From IMG/VR virus record IMGVR_UViG_3300009130_000002: 64,000 nucleotides of DNA. One strand, given 5' to 3'. Within the stretch, counting starts at the first letter, position 1; every line of letters begins with the position of its first letter. Position numbers and translations under genes: made by a program. The notes under the pieces were generated by a model, which worked only from the letters and a program-made list of their open reading frames with translations, was not told where the DNA came from and searched no databases. The stretch is from a virus. Below, in pieces: positions 1 through 9,637 of the stretch.

Positions 1-729
1 ACTGATGAAAGCCGAGCTGCCTTAAAGGAAAAGACAGGTTTAGACATCAGCAAAGAGCTGCCAAAAATAGACATAGAGAGAACAATAAACTTGATGTCTT
101 ACACTATACAAAGAGGTCATAAAGAAGGCTTGTTTAAGGAGATAAATGCTCAGAAAGGCAAAGGCGGGGCTAACAATGTAGAGAGAGAAGTTAGGAGGCT
201 CATTCAAGAGGAAGCTGCGGGGCCTTCTTCAGGTGCTGCAAGGTTTGCTGAAAATGTAGACCAGGTTGCTTCTAACGTAATGAACGCAGCAGGAAAGGGA
301 GGAATTCTTCACCATAGAGGAGTTCAAGCTCTTGCAGTGATTGGCGGAATCTCTGCTCTATCTGGAATGAATGCACAACCAAAAGAAATGGTTGGTCCTG
401 GAAAGCAGTTTAATGCGAATGTTCAGATGAATATGAACAATAGTCGGAAAGCACATAAGAGAATGACTCCTCAAGATGTTAAACCTTCTAGGGCTCCAAT
501 CGGAAATCCTACAGGTCCAAATATGCTTAGTCAAAGAAGAGCTATGATTGCGAGTCACCCTCCTCCAACAAATCAGTATCTAGTTCGTGCCAGAGCAAGC
601 CATCCTGATGATATCTCTATCGTCTCTCAACAAATGAAAAGATACTCTATGGCTGGTGGTTCAGTCAATGTGAACTCAGGTTCTAGATCAATACAAAACC
701 CATATGGAAATATGAATACTTCTTATTAA
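1..729 (+). CDS. 3' part of a long virion protein, possibly tape measure protein (5' truncated by window edge)
   Basis: Frame 1 is open from base 1 (TDESRAALKEK...), so the track start at 91 is internal. Low-complexity Ala/Gly/Met/Asn-rich sequence with a hydrophobic patch VQALAVIGGISALSGM. Lies directly upstream of the hub gene, the usual tape-measure position. CDS is solid; product is inferred from synteny. Confidence 0.5.
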   Translation, partial: TDESRAALKEKTGLDISKELPKIDIERTINLMSYTIQRGHKEGLFKEINAQKGKGGANNVEREVRRLIQEEAAGPSSGAARFAENVDQVASNVMNAAGKGGILHHRGVQALAVIGGISALSGMNAQPKEMVGPGKQFNANVQMNMNNSRKAHKRMTPQDVKPSRAPIGNPTGPNMLSQRRAMIASHPPPTNQYLVRARASHPDDISIVSQQMKRYSMAGGSVNVNSGSRSIQNPYGNMNTSY

Positions 730-735
730 AAGGAA

Positions 736-3700
736 ATGATAATGGCTGTTAACGATTTTTTTCAATTCAATGATTTGGTTTTAAATATCCCCCCTACGCA
801 GATTCAGGTGGCAAAAATGAATCATGCAAATACTGTTGCTAACTTAAGAACTAGCTCTCAGGCAACTATCTGGTCAAGGAATTCAGATACTACTGTTAGG
901 GTGCAAATGTTCTTTACGGATGATCCCGTAAGAACAGCACCAAATGTAGAGACAGAGGGCTTCGATGAGATTGATTTTAAAAGAACAGGGATTACACAGC
1001 TTAGGCATATGATGTCTCAAATAAGGGTTACTCCCTTTTGTTATATTAAAAATGAATTTATTCGTGCCTCTATACTGGGTGCAGAAGTTAATGACTCAAT
1101 GATGTTTGTGGTTAAGCACTTTTCAGTTAGCACAGCAAGCGATCCAAGCTCTAACTCTTATCTTCCAGGAGCAGTTTCGGTAGAGATAGACTTAAGTTAC
1201 TTTAACTATAGAGCTTATGTCACAAACCTCCTCTATAAAAAACATCCTTTTAGTTCCGAGTTTACAGAAGATCCATCGAAATCTTTATCTTGGATGTATA
1301 TGTATTTAGCAGAACAAGAAAAGAGAAACTATCTTCAGGCTACAACATTTGTTAATGAAACAAGTGGAGCCAATGACACTGTATTTAATTTTCATGAATT
1401 TACCTTGCTTCCGATCTCTCAGGTGTCAGATACAATTAAGCAAATAAAAAGAATTAAAAATAATTCTACTAGCGGAAGTGTACTTGCTGGAGAAAGGGAA
1501 AATGTTCAGATAACTGGAGAGGAAGGTTACTATACAGGGATATCAGATCTCGAAAGAGACCTGAATATGACTCATGTTGATCAAGAGAAAAACATTAAAA
1601 TTGAAGCCATTAATTCATATTTAAATACCTCAATGGTAAATGACCAGCCAAATTTTGAGCATATGCCAATGGAGGAAATGCTAACAGCTTTCCCTCAAAT
1701 CTTTATTCCTAAAATGGGGTGGGAGGTTTATAAACTATCTGATGGCAGCGTCTATAAACTTCCTAAAAATCCAACCAAAATTTTAAACCCCAAAGCAACC
1801 TCAGAGGGATTTGATGAGGACGACCTCATCCTTTTTTCAAGGCTAGTTGACTTCTCTTGCTTTGGTGAGGGCTTGCATATCCTAGGTGTAAATATTGGTG
1901 TTGGAAATAGGACTGTTCCTCTTCCGCTACTTGGTTCAGATGCACCAACTTATCAATACCTTGGTGGAAGCGATGCAACGGTATCAATTTCTTTTAAGAC
2001 TACAAACCCTCAAGCCGTCAAAAGAATTGTGGCGCTAGAGAGCTTGTGGCGTTCTCAAACCAATAGAATGAGGAAGCTTCCTCTTAAGCTAAGAAGAGTT
2101 AAAATCAGAAATGATCTCCTAAATTTATGTGGTTTACACCACTTCCTTATAGATTCAATAAGTGTTTCAACATCAGAGGGTGAGCCAGAATGCACTTATA
2201 TTCATCTAACTTTAACAGAGAAAGAGTTTGATGGTTCAAACGAGGGCTTCACTTACGAGAAGTTTAATTTTCAACCATCTCAGAAAATATTAAACGAAGT
2301 ATACAAGGTCTTTGATGACAAAATGTTCTTAATAGAGAATAGCTTTGCCAGTAATTTCTTGGACAACAGGATTAGTATGGTGTCTTGGATTAAACAGCCA
2401 AGCTTTTGGATGGATGGAGGGGTTCGATGGGGTGAAAACTTTGTTAACAGAGAAATGATTGGAACCGGTGGTGGTGATGTAGACGGAAATATAGATGCGG
2501 GTGAAAGCTCAACAATGGGGAGCTTCTCTACTGGCAATTTCCTGGGTTATGAATCTTATAAATTTGGAATAAAACAAAATAATCTAATCAAGAATTCGAA
2601 ATCTTATGCTCGGATTTACACTGTTAAAGACCCCTCTCCGCATAAACTATTTGAAAGTGTCTATAGGGATATGCTTATAGAATACTCAATAATCTTTAGT
2701 GACTTTGTAAGAGGTCTTATAGACTACCTGCAAGTTACCTCTTCTAGTTTTAATGCCCTTAATAATGTTGCTCGTGCACGAGGAATGGATACTTCCGAAT
2801 TTCATAGGCTGGGAGCAGAACTTGAAGCAAAGTTTAGCACTTTTCAAGCAGGTAGCGGAGCAGAACAATCAAGATTAGCTGTTGAATGGGAATATAAACG
2901 TTGGCGTTTAATTAAAGAATTAACAGATCAAAAATTCCTAGGGATTGAAAGAGCAAGAAAAGACGCACACCACATCCTCATAGATAACAGATATACGCTT
3001 GGGATCGAAGACTACTCTGCTAAAACTAGTGCTTCTTACTACAGGGGTCTCCTTGAAGGAGAGATAAACGACGCTGTAACAAATCTCTGGACTGGTCTTG
3101 GTATGTTAGGTGGTGCACTGGATGGTATGATGGGATCTAAGGTAGATCTCAATGCCACAGTCGATTACAACGAAGATGAGATGTGGAAAGATTTTGCACG
3201 ACAACCGTTTGTTGTTAAGTGGCAAGCAAAAAGAAATAAGTTTTTTAAAAGAATAGCTAATGATCGGAACTATCTAAAAATATTGGGAGATATGAATCCA
3301 GAAGTTTTAGAACTAATGGAAGAGCTAAATGGTCAAAAAGTAAATGAGGGTGTAAATGCATATCCTGATTTTCCAATGAAACACGTTACTTATCTCATGG
3401 AGAAATATTTTCCTTCTTCTTTTTCTAAGCTAAGAAAGAGATTGGGAGAAATAAATGGCCTTCTTAAAAGAGGTAAATTCGTAAGCATTCCAAGATTGTT
3501 TGGTCCTGATTTTTATTTCGAATCTGAAACTGCTCCACTGGATCAAGTGATTGGATTAAAAAAATTACAGACAGCCACCTCTATGATTAAGACTTCAAAT
3601 GCTTCAAAGCCTGAGGCTTACAATGATTACTTAACAGGAGTTTATAGAAGGCAAATTGGTCCGAGAACTGATGATGAAACATATAAGTTTAGACAAGAAA

Positions 3701-6700
3701 AAGTAAAAGATAAAAGGTTTCACGAAAGGGACGCAGCAAAGATACTTGCACAAGAAGAAGCAACGAATCCCTTAAACGCATATACTCCTTCTGATTTTGG
3801 TGAGAGTTTCACAGAGGCTTTAAACTCGGATATCAATCCTCCTCCAGGAGCAGAAAGAGAAATTCAAAATCTCATGAGTATAAACAATCCGACTTCTGAA
3901 AATATTCTGGAAATGGCAGGGAACATACCCCTTACAAATGCAGAGAAAGAAGCATATGGGTATCCTGACTTTCAATGGCCGTGTGTTGAAAAGCAAACAA
4001 GAATCACCTCTAAGTTTGGAAAGCTAAGAGGTGCTGGCAATAGTCCTCACAAGGGGACTGATATTGCAAATAAAAATCCTGCAAAATCTATCGGAACTCC
4101 AGTTTATGCAGCAGCTGATGGGCATATCATTGCAATGAATCACAGAGCTTCTACTATCTATCTGCACAATACAGGAGCGGATCCTGGCTATGTAGATCTC
4201 ATCAAACCGATGGCGCAACTAATGGTAGAAGGCCTAGTGACTGGAGAAGGAGTCGGGGGATTAGGACCAAATGGAAAAGGGAAAACAGAGACCTGGACTG
4301 ACTATTTTCTCAGAAGAGACAAGGTTAACAAGCATAACATTTTTGCAGTTGAAAAATATAGAAAATCCAGAGGCTATAGTGAAGGCTTTTGGAAGAGCCT
4401 ATCTCAAAAAACACACGACAGAACGCTATCCATAACGATAAGGCATACAAATGGAAAGTGGCAAACGATATATAAGCACTTGCATGATGATGAACACTGG
4501 AGAGATCTTTATGACAAGTGGACAGCGAACAGAAAGCATCTTCCGATCAAGAAGGGAGAGTTACTCGCTTACATGGGGAATACTGGATTTTCCAGTGGGG
4601 CACATCTCCACTTTGAAGTTCGTCAAGATGGGAAGCCAGTGGATCCAGAAAAGATTATTAAACAAAATAACTTTCCTAAATCTGCTTGGCCAAAGTTTGC
4701 CTTTCAGAGCCACGACTCTGTACTGGAAAATAGCTATAAAGAATTTCAGCAATCATTCGAACAAAACAGAGGAATGAGTAAGGCTTACCCCACTTATAAA
4801 TTATATTTTGTTGAGAGTGATGAAAATGAAAGAGCCCTGTTTGGCTTTGATGATTATTTTTCTTATCAGGCTGTACAAGAGATACAGATGGTTAGACATG
4901 CAGATAATCCTGTAGATCTTTGTATCATTAGATTAACAAATATTAGTGGCAACTTAACTAATAGAAACTTCACAGACTTAAAGCAGGGAAAGGGAGATCC
5001 AAATAATCTTACCAACAGAGAAAAGGCCACAGTTACTTCTATAAATAATAATGACAAGAAAAGCGTAGAGGATCTTTCAAAAGTTGCAGAAGGCAAAGTT
5101 GATACAGCAGCTGAAAATCCAATCACCTCAATGCTACTAAAAACAGGGACTCAGATTCAGGTTAGGATGGGATATGATCCTAATCCAGATAAACTAACAA
5201 CAGTTTTTAATGGCCCTGTTATGGATATCAAATACCACGGAACAGATGACATGATTACAATAACGTGTCAAAGCCACGCGATGGAACTTGTCAATACTCT
5301 ACAAGGGGTTGGAGAGCAAGAGTGGGAAGATAAAACAGGTAAAGTCCAAACGAAACAAAATGAATTTGAAGCAGGAAAAACAAGCAGGACAGGAGAGATT
5401 ATTGAAACGTTGATGGCCTATCCAGAGTTAAAGCACTTTGGCCGATGGCAAAAGGCGACTTCTACTGGCTTCTCAATGTTAGCAGGGAATGAAGATAGTG
5501 ATGATTTCTGGGAGTGGGGTGATGAGTTAAAAAGTGATACCCTGCATTATGAGCCTTGGAAGATGGCAAGAGAGTTATATGGGGACAATATCAACATCCC
5601 GACCGGAGGAACCGCTGGGCTTATGGAGGGAACAAACTTTAAGATTTATAAAACAACGATCTGGGATGTAGTTCAAGAATTAACCCACAGACATCCAGGA
5701 ATGATTGCTTACCCCATGCCTTATGAGGGGATATGGGGACCAAGAATGACTCTTTACTTTGGCTTACCTGATGGCAACTATGTGTATAGAGATCCAACAA
5801 AAACAGAGAAAGAAGTTGCAGCAAAAATTAGATTCGTTGCAATGGATTCTCACTATACATCAGAAGGTAGAAATCGGGATATTGAGTTCATTGAACGAAT
5901 GACAGATGGCTCTGTAGAGTTTGATCAGGATGTTCTTACCGAGTTAGATTTGGATGATACACAGGGAGCAGGAACATTATGGACAAATGAGGTTGATTGG
6001 AAAGAAGATAATTTTATAAAAAACGATAAAACAATAGGAAGAGATTATGCGATCTCCAAAGCCCTTTATAATTATTCTTTAGATAGCGGCATTGTTAAGA
6101 ACTTTAGAAATTATCACCTTCTTACGAATCAACACAATATCATTGAGAATGGAATTATTTCTTCAGCTTATAGTACTTTTAATGCTGCTACAATTGAATA
6201 TACATCTGATGATCACGCCAATGAAGCTGATGACGAAAGCAAATTACAATTCAATGATGCAGAAACTTTAACACTGAAATCAGATGCCGGAATTAGAGAT
6301 GAAGAAATCAGGGAGGTTTATGCAGGCTTTCCTAACTGTATCGGATATGAGCAAGCAAAAAGATATGGCCAGTCCTTATTATGGCGCTCAATGAAAAAGG
6401 GTTATAGAGGAGGAATTGTTATCTTGGGGGATCCAAATATTAAACCATATGATATTTGTTATATTTTTGATAGCTATACAGAGATGTATGGCCCGATAGA
6501 AGTAGAGCAGGTTGTTCATCGTTTCTCTCATGACTCTGGATTTATTACAGAAATTACCCCAAGGATGTGTATTCATGTAAATGAGGAAGCTACAATGCCT
6601 GCGCTTGATGTCATGAGTCTTGTTGTAGAAGACAGTATGTTTTCCTTCTTGGGACCAACGGTCAAGATGGGCATGGAGCCTACTGGACCAATAGGGGACT

Positions 6701-7173
6701 TTGTTCAGGGAACACTTCAGGTTGGGGCAATGGCTGGAGCTGCCAAGCTTGGAGCATCAGCACTTGCTATTGGACTGGTGGGAGCAACTGCAGCGGCAGC
6801 ATTAACGGGTGTTGCTGCCATCGGGATTCTAGGTTACTTTTTTATGGATAACTTACTCCTTGATGACGGAGACAAATATGATGCTCAAGGAAATGCGTTA
6901 GGGGCTCTTGATGCTATAGGAGTTTGGGCATTCAGAAAAATGATTACAAGATCTCAAATGCAACAACTATTTCAATACAGTCCACTAACTGTCAGGGGTA
7001 GACCACTGCTAGGTGGTATGCCAATATTTAGAAAATCTTATGGACCAGGAACTTTTATCAGACATCTATTTGATAAAACTGAAGAGTGGTTTATTGATGG
7101 TTATAACGGGAAAGCGGCCTTAGAACTCAGTGAGGATATGAAAAAGAATCCAGAGTTCTATCCAGAAATATAA
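736..7173 (+). CDS. Large baseplate hub / tail-associated lysin with Peptidase M23 domain (2145 aa)
   Basis: M23 motifs WP...ITSKFG...HKGTD (H codon 4048), GTPVYAAADG, TIYKHL, GNTGFSSGAHLHFEV (HLH 4603-4611). C-terminal part has hub-like motifs (QVRMGYDPN...VFNGPV, ILGDPNIKPYD, GPIEVEQVVHRFSHDSGFITEITP). True start may be ATG 742 (AGGA at 731-734). Confidence 0.8.
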   Translation: MIMAVNDFFQFNDLVLNIPPTQIQVAKMNHANTVANLRTSSQATIWSRNSDTTVRVQMFFTDDPVRTAPNVETEGFDEIDFKRTGITQLRHMMSQIRVTPFCYIKNEFIRASILGAEVNDSMMFVVKHFSVSTASDPSSNSYLPGAVSVEIDLSYFNYRAYVTNLLYKKHPFSSEFTEDPSKSLSWMYMYLAEQEKRNYLQATTFVNETSGANDTVFNFHEFTLLPISQVSDTIKQIKRIKNNSTSGSVLAGERENVQITGEEGYYTGISDLERDLNMTHVDQEKNIKIEAINSYLNTSMVNDQPNFEHMPMEEMLTAFPQIFIPKMGWEVYKLSDGSVYKLPKNPTKILNPKATSEGFDEDDLILFSRLVDFSCFGEGLHILGVNIGVGNRTVPLPLLGSDAPTYQYLGGSDATVSISFKTTNPQAVKRIVALESLWRSQTNRMRKLPLKLRRVKIRNDLLNLCGLHHFLIDSISVSTSEGEPECTYIHLTLTEKEFDGSNEGFTYEKFNFQPSQKILNEVYKVFDDKMFLIENSFASNFLDNRISMVSWIKQPSFWMDGGVRWGENFVNREMIGTGGGDVDGNIDAGESSTMGSFSTGNFLGYESYKFGIKQNNLIKNSKSYARIYTVKDPSPHKLFESVYRDMLIEYSIIFSDFVRGLIDYLQVTSSSFNALNNVARARGMDTSEFHRLGAELEAKFSTFQAGSGAEQSRLAVEWEYKRWRLIKELTDQKFLGIERARKDAHHILIDNRYTLGIEDYSAKTSASYYRGLLEGEINDAVTNLWTGLGMLGGALDGMMGSKVDLNATVDYNEDEMWKDFARQPFVVKWQAKRNKFFKRIANDRNYLKILGDMNPEVLELMEELNGQKVNEGVNAYPDFPMKHVTYLMEKYFPSSFSKLRKRLGEINGLLKRGKFVSIPRLFGPDFYFESETAPLDQVIGLKKLQTATSMIKTSNASKPEAYNDYLTGVYRRQIGPRTDDETYKFRQEKVKDKRFHERDAAKILAQEEATNPLNAYTPSDFGESFTEALNSDINPPPGAEREIQNLMSINNPTSENILEMAGNIPLTNAEKEAYGYPDFQWPCVEKQTRITSKFGKLRGAGNSPHKGTDIANKNPAKSIGTPVYAAADGHIIAMNHRASTIYLHNTGADPGYVDLIKPMAQLMVEGLVTGEGVGGLGPNGKGKTETWTDYFLRRDKVNKHNIFAVEKYRKSRGYSEGFWKSLSQKTHDRTLSITIRHTNGKWQTIYKHLHDDEHWRDLYDKWTANRKHLPIKKGELLAYMGNTGFSSGAHLHFEVRQDGKPVDPEKIIKQNNFPKSAWPKFAFQSHDSVLENSYKEFQQSFEQNRGMSKAYPTYKLYFVESDENERALFGFDDYFSYQAVQEIQMVRHADNPVDLCIIRLTNISGNLTNRNFTDLKQGKGDPNNLTNREKATVTSINNNDKKSVEDLSKVAEGKVDTAAENPITSMLLKTGTQIQVRMGYDPNPDKLTTVFNGPVMDIKYHGTDDMITITCQSHAMELVNTLQGVGEQEWEDKTGKVQTKQNEFEAGKTSRTGEIIETLMAYPELKHFGRWQKATSTGFSMLAGNEDSDDFWEWGDELKSDTLHYEPWKMARELYGDNINIPTGGTAGLMEGTNFKIYKTTIWDVVQELTHRHPGMIAYPMPYEGIWGPRMTLYFGLPDGNYVYRDPTKTEKEVAAKIRFVAMDSHYTSEGRNRDIEFIERMTDGSVEFDQDVLTELDLDDTQGAGTLWTNEVDWKEDNFIKNDKTIGRDYAISKALYNYSLDSGIVKNFRNYHLLTNQHNIIENGIISSAYSTFNAATIEYTSDDHANEADDESKLQFNDAETLTLKSDAGIRDEEIREVYAGFPNCIGYEQAKRYGQSLLWRSMKKGYRGGIVILGDPNIKPYDICYIFDSYTEMYGPIEVEQVVHRFSHDSGFITEITPRMCIHVNEEATMPALDVMSLVVEDSMFSFLGPTVKMGMEPTGPIGDFVQGTLQVGAMAGAAKLGASALAIGLVGATAAAALTGVAAIGILGYFFMDNLLLDDGDKYDAQGNALGALDAIGVWAFRKMITRSQMQQLFQYSPLTVRGRPLLGGMPIFRKSYGPGTFIRHLFDKTEEWFIDGYNGKAALELSEDMKKNPEFYPEI

Positions 7174-7182
7174 GGAGAAAAA

Positions 7183-7602
7183 ATGAGTGCAGACAAGTAT
7201 GCAAGAAACTCTCTAACTGTTCAAGATATCAATCGCTCAGAGAGTAGAATTAAACAAATTGCAGATAAAAGCAAGCAACATCATATAGAATATGGTATGA
7301 TTGATAAGATAGATTTGAAAACCAGTCAAGTTAGCCTTAGGTATTTAAATGGAAAACAGTTCAAAACTACCAGAAGGAATGGGAAGTTAGAACAAGAGTA
7401 CTATACACTTGCTACACCAATGACTGAAATCAACATGAAGTACGGAGCCCTAAGAGAGGGGCTTAAAGTTAGAATACATTGGGTAGGAGAAAACGAACCA
7501 GAAGGCAATGTCATTGTTGATGTCTTAAGTAATAACGAAAATCTAGTTGTTCAAGACTATGCATTGCCTGATATCGAGGTTGGGTTTTCTATGCCCTTCT
7601 AG
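7183..7602 (+). CDS. Probable baseplate spike N-terminal (gp5/gpV OB-fold-like) protein
   Basis: EYGMIDKIDLKTSQVSLRYL...GALREGLKVRIHWVGE matches the OB-fold pattern of spike proteins. Immediately follows the hub gene; SD TAAGGAG at 7171. Confidence 0.55.
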   Translation: MSADKYARNSLTVQDINRSESRIKQIADKSKQHHIEYGMIDKIDLKTSQVSLRYLNGKQFKTTRRNGKLEQEYYTLATPMTEINMKYGALREGLKVRIHWVGENEPEGNVIVDVLSNNENLVVQDYALPDIEVGFSMPF

Positions 7603-7611
7603 GAGAAACCA

Positions 7612-7962
7612 ATGAGTGAATCAGATAAAAGAAACATAAGAGTTTGGAGAGTTAATTTGGATTCTACAGCTGGTTTCGTTATCAGTCCAAATCGAGTTAT
7701 GGCACTAAGTGATAAGAAAACCTTTCTTTCTATTAGACCTGGGCATATGACTCTTCGATCCAATAGAATTGATTTACTGACACAGCCAGAAAATATCACC
7801 AAGGGGGTCATGTTTAGAGAGAATATAGGTTTTGCACAGCTAATTCCTTCCACTATCGCTAGCCCTATCCCTATGATGACAATAAATATTCCAGGAGCAG
7901 AGCTTATGGATTACCTGGTTGATTCAGGAATATTTACAATTCAAAGTTTACAGGCATTATAA
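7612..7962 (+). CDS. Small beta-rich baseplate protein, possible spike/needle component
   Basis: 116 aa of short alternating beta-type segments between the OB-fold gene and the gp25-like gene; SD TAGGAG at 7600. Function from synteny only. Confidence 0.4.
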   Translation: MSESDKRNIRVWRVNLDSTAGFVISPNRVMALSDKKTFLSIRPGHMTLRSNRIDLLTQPENITKGVMFRENIGFAQLIPSTIASPIPMMTINIPGAELMDYLVDSGIFTIQSLQAL

Positions 7963-8417
7963 TGAAAAACTATGATGGAATAGATTTAACAATGACTCCA
8001 GATGGAGACCTTGATATTGGATCAAATGGTGATATTAATAATACAGAGAAGGACCAGATAGTTTCTTTGCAACAAAAGATTATTTCCTTATTGAAAAGCG
8101 AGACTGGTGATTGGATTGATCACCCTACGCTAGCAGTAAATTTAAGTAGTTTTGTAGGTGAACCAAACACCAGAGAAAATGCAAAGAGGATGGAAACCCA
8201 AATTAAAAATGCTCTTATCGGTGCAAGAATAGTAGAGAAGCAAGACTTAAAGGTAAGAGTGAATGCAGTTGGCCAAACAAGAGTAGCCATAGAAATTGTT
8301 GTGAGCGCTAGACCCACTGTATTCAATAGCATCTCAAGGGAATTAGAAATGACTTTCTTTTTTAATTCTAGTGATGGAAGGGTAAACTGGAGTCCAAGAA
8401 GCTTTGGAGGAATATAA
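7962..8417 (+). CDS. gp25-like / sheath-initiator baseplate wedge protein
   Basis: DLTMTPDGDL...SLQQKIISLLKSETGDWIDHPTLAVNLSSFVGEPN...QIKNAL fits the GPW_gp25/DUF2634 pattern. TAATG overlap with the upstream stop; precedes baseplate J. Confidence 0.75.
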   Translation: MKNYDGIDLTMTPDGDLDIGSNGDINNTEKDQIVSLQQKIISLLKSETGDWIDHPTLAVNLSSFVGEPNTRENAKRMETQIKNALIGARIVEKQDLKVRVNAVGQTRVAIEIVVSARPTVFNSISRELEMTFFFNSSDGRVNWSPRSFGGI

Positions 8418-9629
8418 ATGCCTTTATTTGGAGAATCAAAACAAGAAATTTTTTCTGATGTTGTCACAGACCTATTAAGTAATAGCAATATTACTGAGGC
8501 CAGTCCAGGCTCAACGGCAAGAGCGATCATTGAAGCAGTGACAAATAAGATGGGGGACATGTGGACTAAGTTTGATTTAAACATGGCCCATGCATTTATT
8601 GATGGTGCTGAAGGTGCATTCCTTGATCGTTTTGGAGAGATGTTCGGGCTTAGCAGGAACCTTGAAGCCCCCGCTAGATTTGGAACAGAGGATAAAATCC
8701 TTCGCTTTTTTGTAGTCGATGCGCTAGCTGACAGCATAACTATCCCATCAGGAACAATAGTTAGCACAGAGCCCAATGCATCAGGGACTACTTATATAAC
8801 AACTGCAACAGTGACAATCCCAATCGGTAGTGCATCAATGGAAGCTTATGCTCCTGCGGTATCAAGAAAAACAGGAGCCAGAGGAAACACAGCTCAAGGC
8901 ACTTTAAATTTTCACAATATAGATGACGGTCGTTTAAAAGTAACAAATGAAGCAGACATTACCACTGGTAGAAGAATGGAGAGTGATGAAAATTTTAGAT
9001 TTAGAATTGCTAATCAAGTCTTAAGTTCTGAAACAGGAAATTACACAGCAATCAGGATGGGCGCACTAGCTGTTCCTGGAGTTGCAGATGTTGTTATTAT
9101 GCCATTTTGGAGGGGAGTCGGAACATTCGATATACTGGTTAAAGCAACCACCCCAAAGGTTAGTGCTAGCTTACTTAGCAATGTTAGACGAGCACTTTAT
9201 TTCGTTGTATCTCAAGGTGTTAGCTTTAATGTTAGAAAGCCAAAAGAAACTGGTGTCTCAATGCAGGTTACTATTAAGCTGATGGATCCGATGGATGATG
9301 TTACAAAGCAGGAGTTAAGAAATCGAATTAGGCAAAGACTATTTGATTATATTAACAATTTAGATATTGGTCAGCCACTTAGCTTTGGGGAAATCACCCA
9401 ATTGATAATGTCAACAAGTGACAATATCAATTATCTAGGGTCCGATGGTAGACCTATTGATAGTGTTACAATCTATAAGGAAACAGATCTTTATACCACT
9501 CGTATCCCAGAGACTTTATTTTTTGCAGGAGATAGCCCCGTAAACTACACACCTGCTACAGATGAAAAGTTATTAATTGAATTAGAATATATCGCAACAG
9601 AAAATCCAATTGTTGTGATCATTAAATAG
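8418..9629 (+). CDS. Baseplate J-like wedge protein
   Basis: PGSTARAIIEA, AEGAFLDRFGEMFGLSR, TIPSGTIVST, GARGN, ESDENFRFRI, ALAVPGVADV, GVGTFDILV are the Baseplate_J (P2 gpJ / Mu gp47) motif series. Confidence 0.9.
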   Translation: MPLFGESKQEIFSDVVTDLLSNSNITEASPGSTARAIIEAVTNKMGDMWTKFDLNMAHAFIDGAEGAFLDRFGEMFGLSRNLEAPARFGTEDKILRFFVVDALADSITIPSGTIVSTEPNASGTTYITTATVTIPIGSASMEAYAPAVSRKTGARGNTAQGTLNFHNIDDGRLKVTNEADITTGRRMESDENFRFRIANQVLSSETGNYTAIRMGALAVPGVADVVIMPFWRGVGTFDILVKATTPKVSASLLSNVRRALYFVVSQGVSFNVRKPKETGVSMQVTIKLMDPMDDVTKQELRNRIRQRLFDYINNLDIGQPLSFGEITQLIMSTSDNINYLGSDGRPIDSVTIYKETDLYTTRIPETLFFAGDSPVNYTPATDEKLLIELEYIATENPIVVIIK

Positions 9630-9637
9630 GAGAGGTT

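Noticed and set aside
4130-4430. Intein or homing endonuclease inside the M23 domain
   Set aside because: Insert is only about 90 aa with no C/S start and HN end, and no LAGLIDADG or HNH motif.
8120-8776. 218-aa antisense ORF over the gp25-like and baseplate J genes
   Set aside because: Shadow of two well-supported plus-strand genes. Ser/Leu/Ile-rich composition typical of antisense frames, with no SD or motif.
736-9629. Bacterial eCIS/T6SS/tailocin locus instead of a phage
   Set aside because: No AAA ATPase, DUF4157 or Tss genes, and no host housekeeping genes. Over 60 kb of continuous virion-type genes with S74, collar and holin-like ORFs fits a large phage better, though capsid genes are outside the window.
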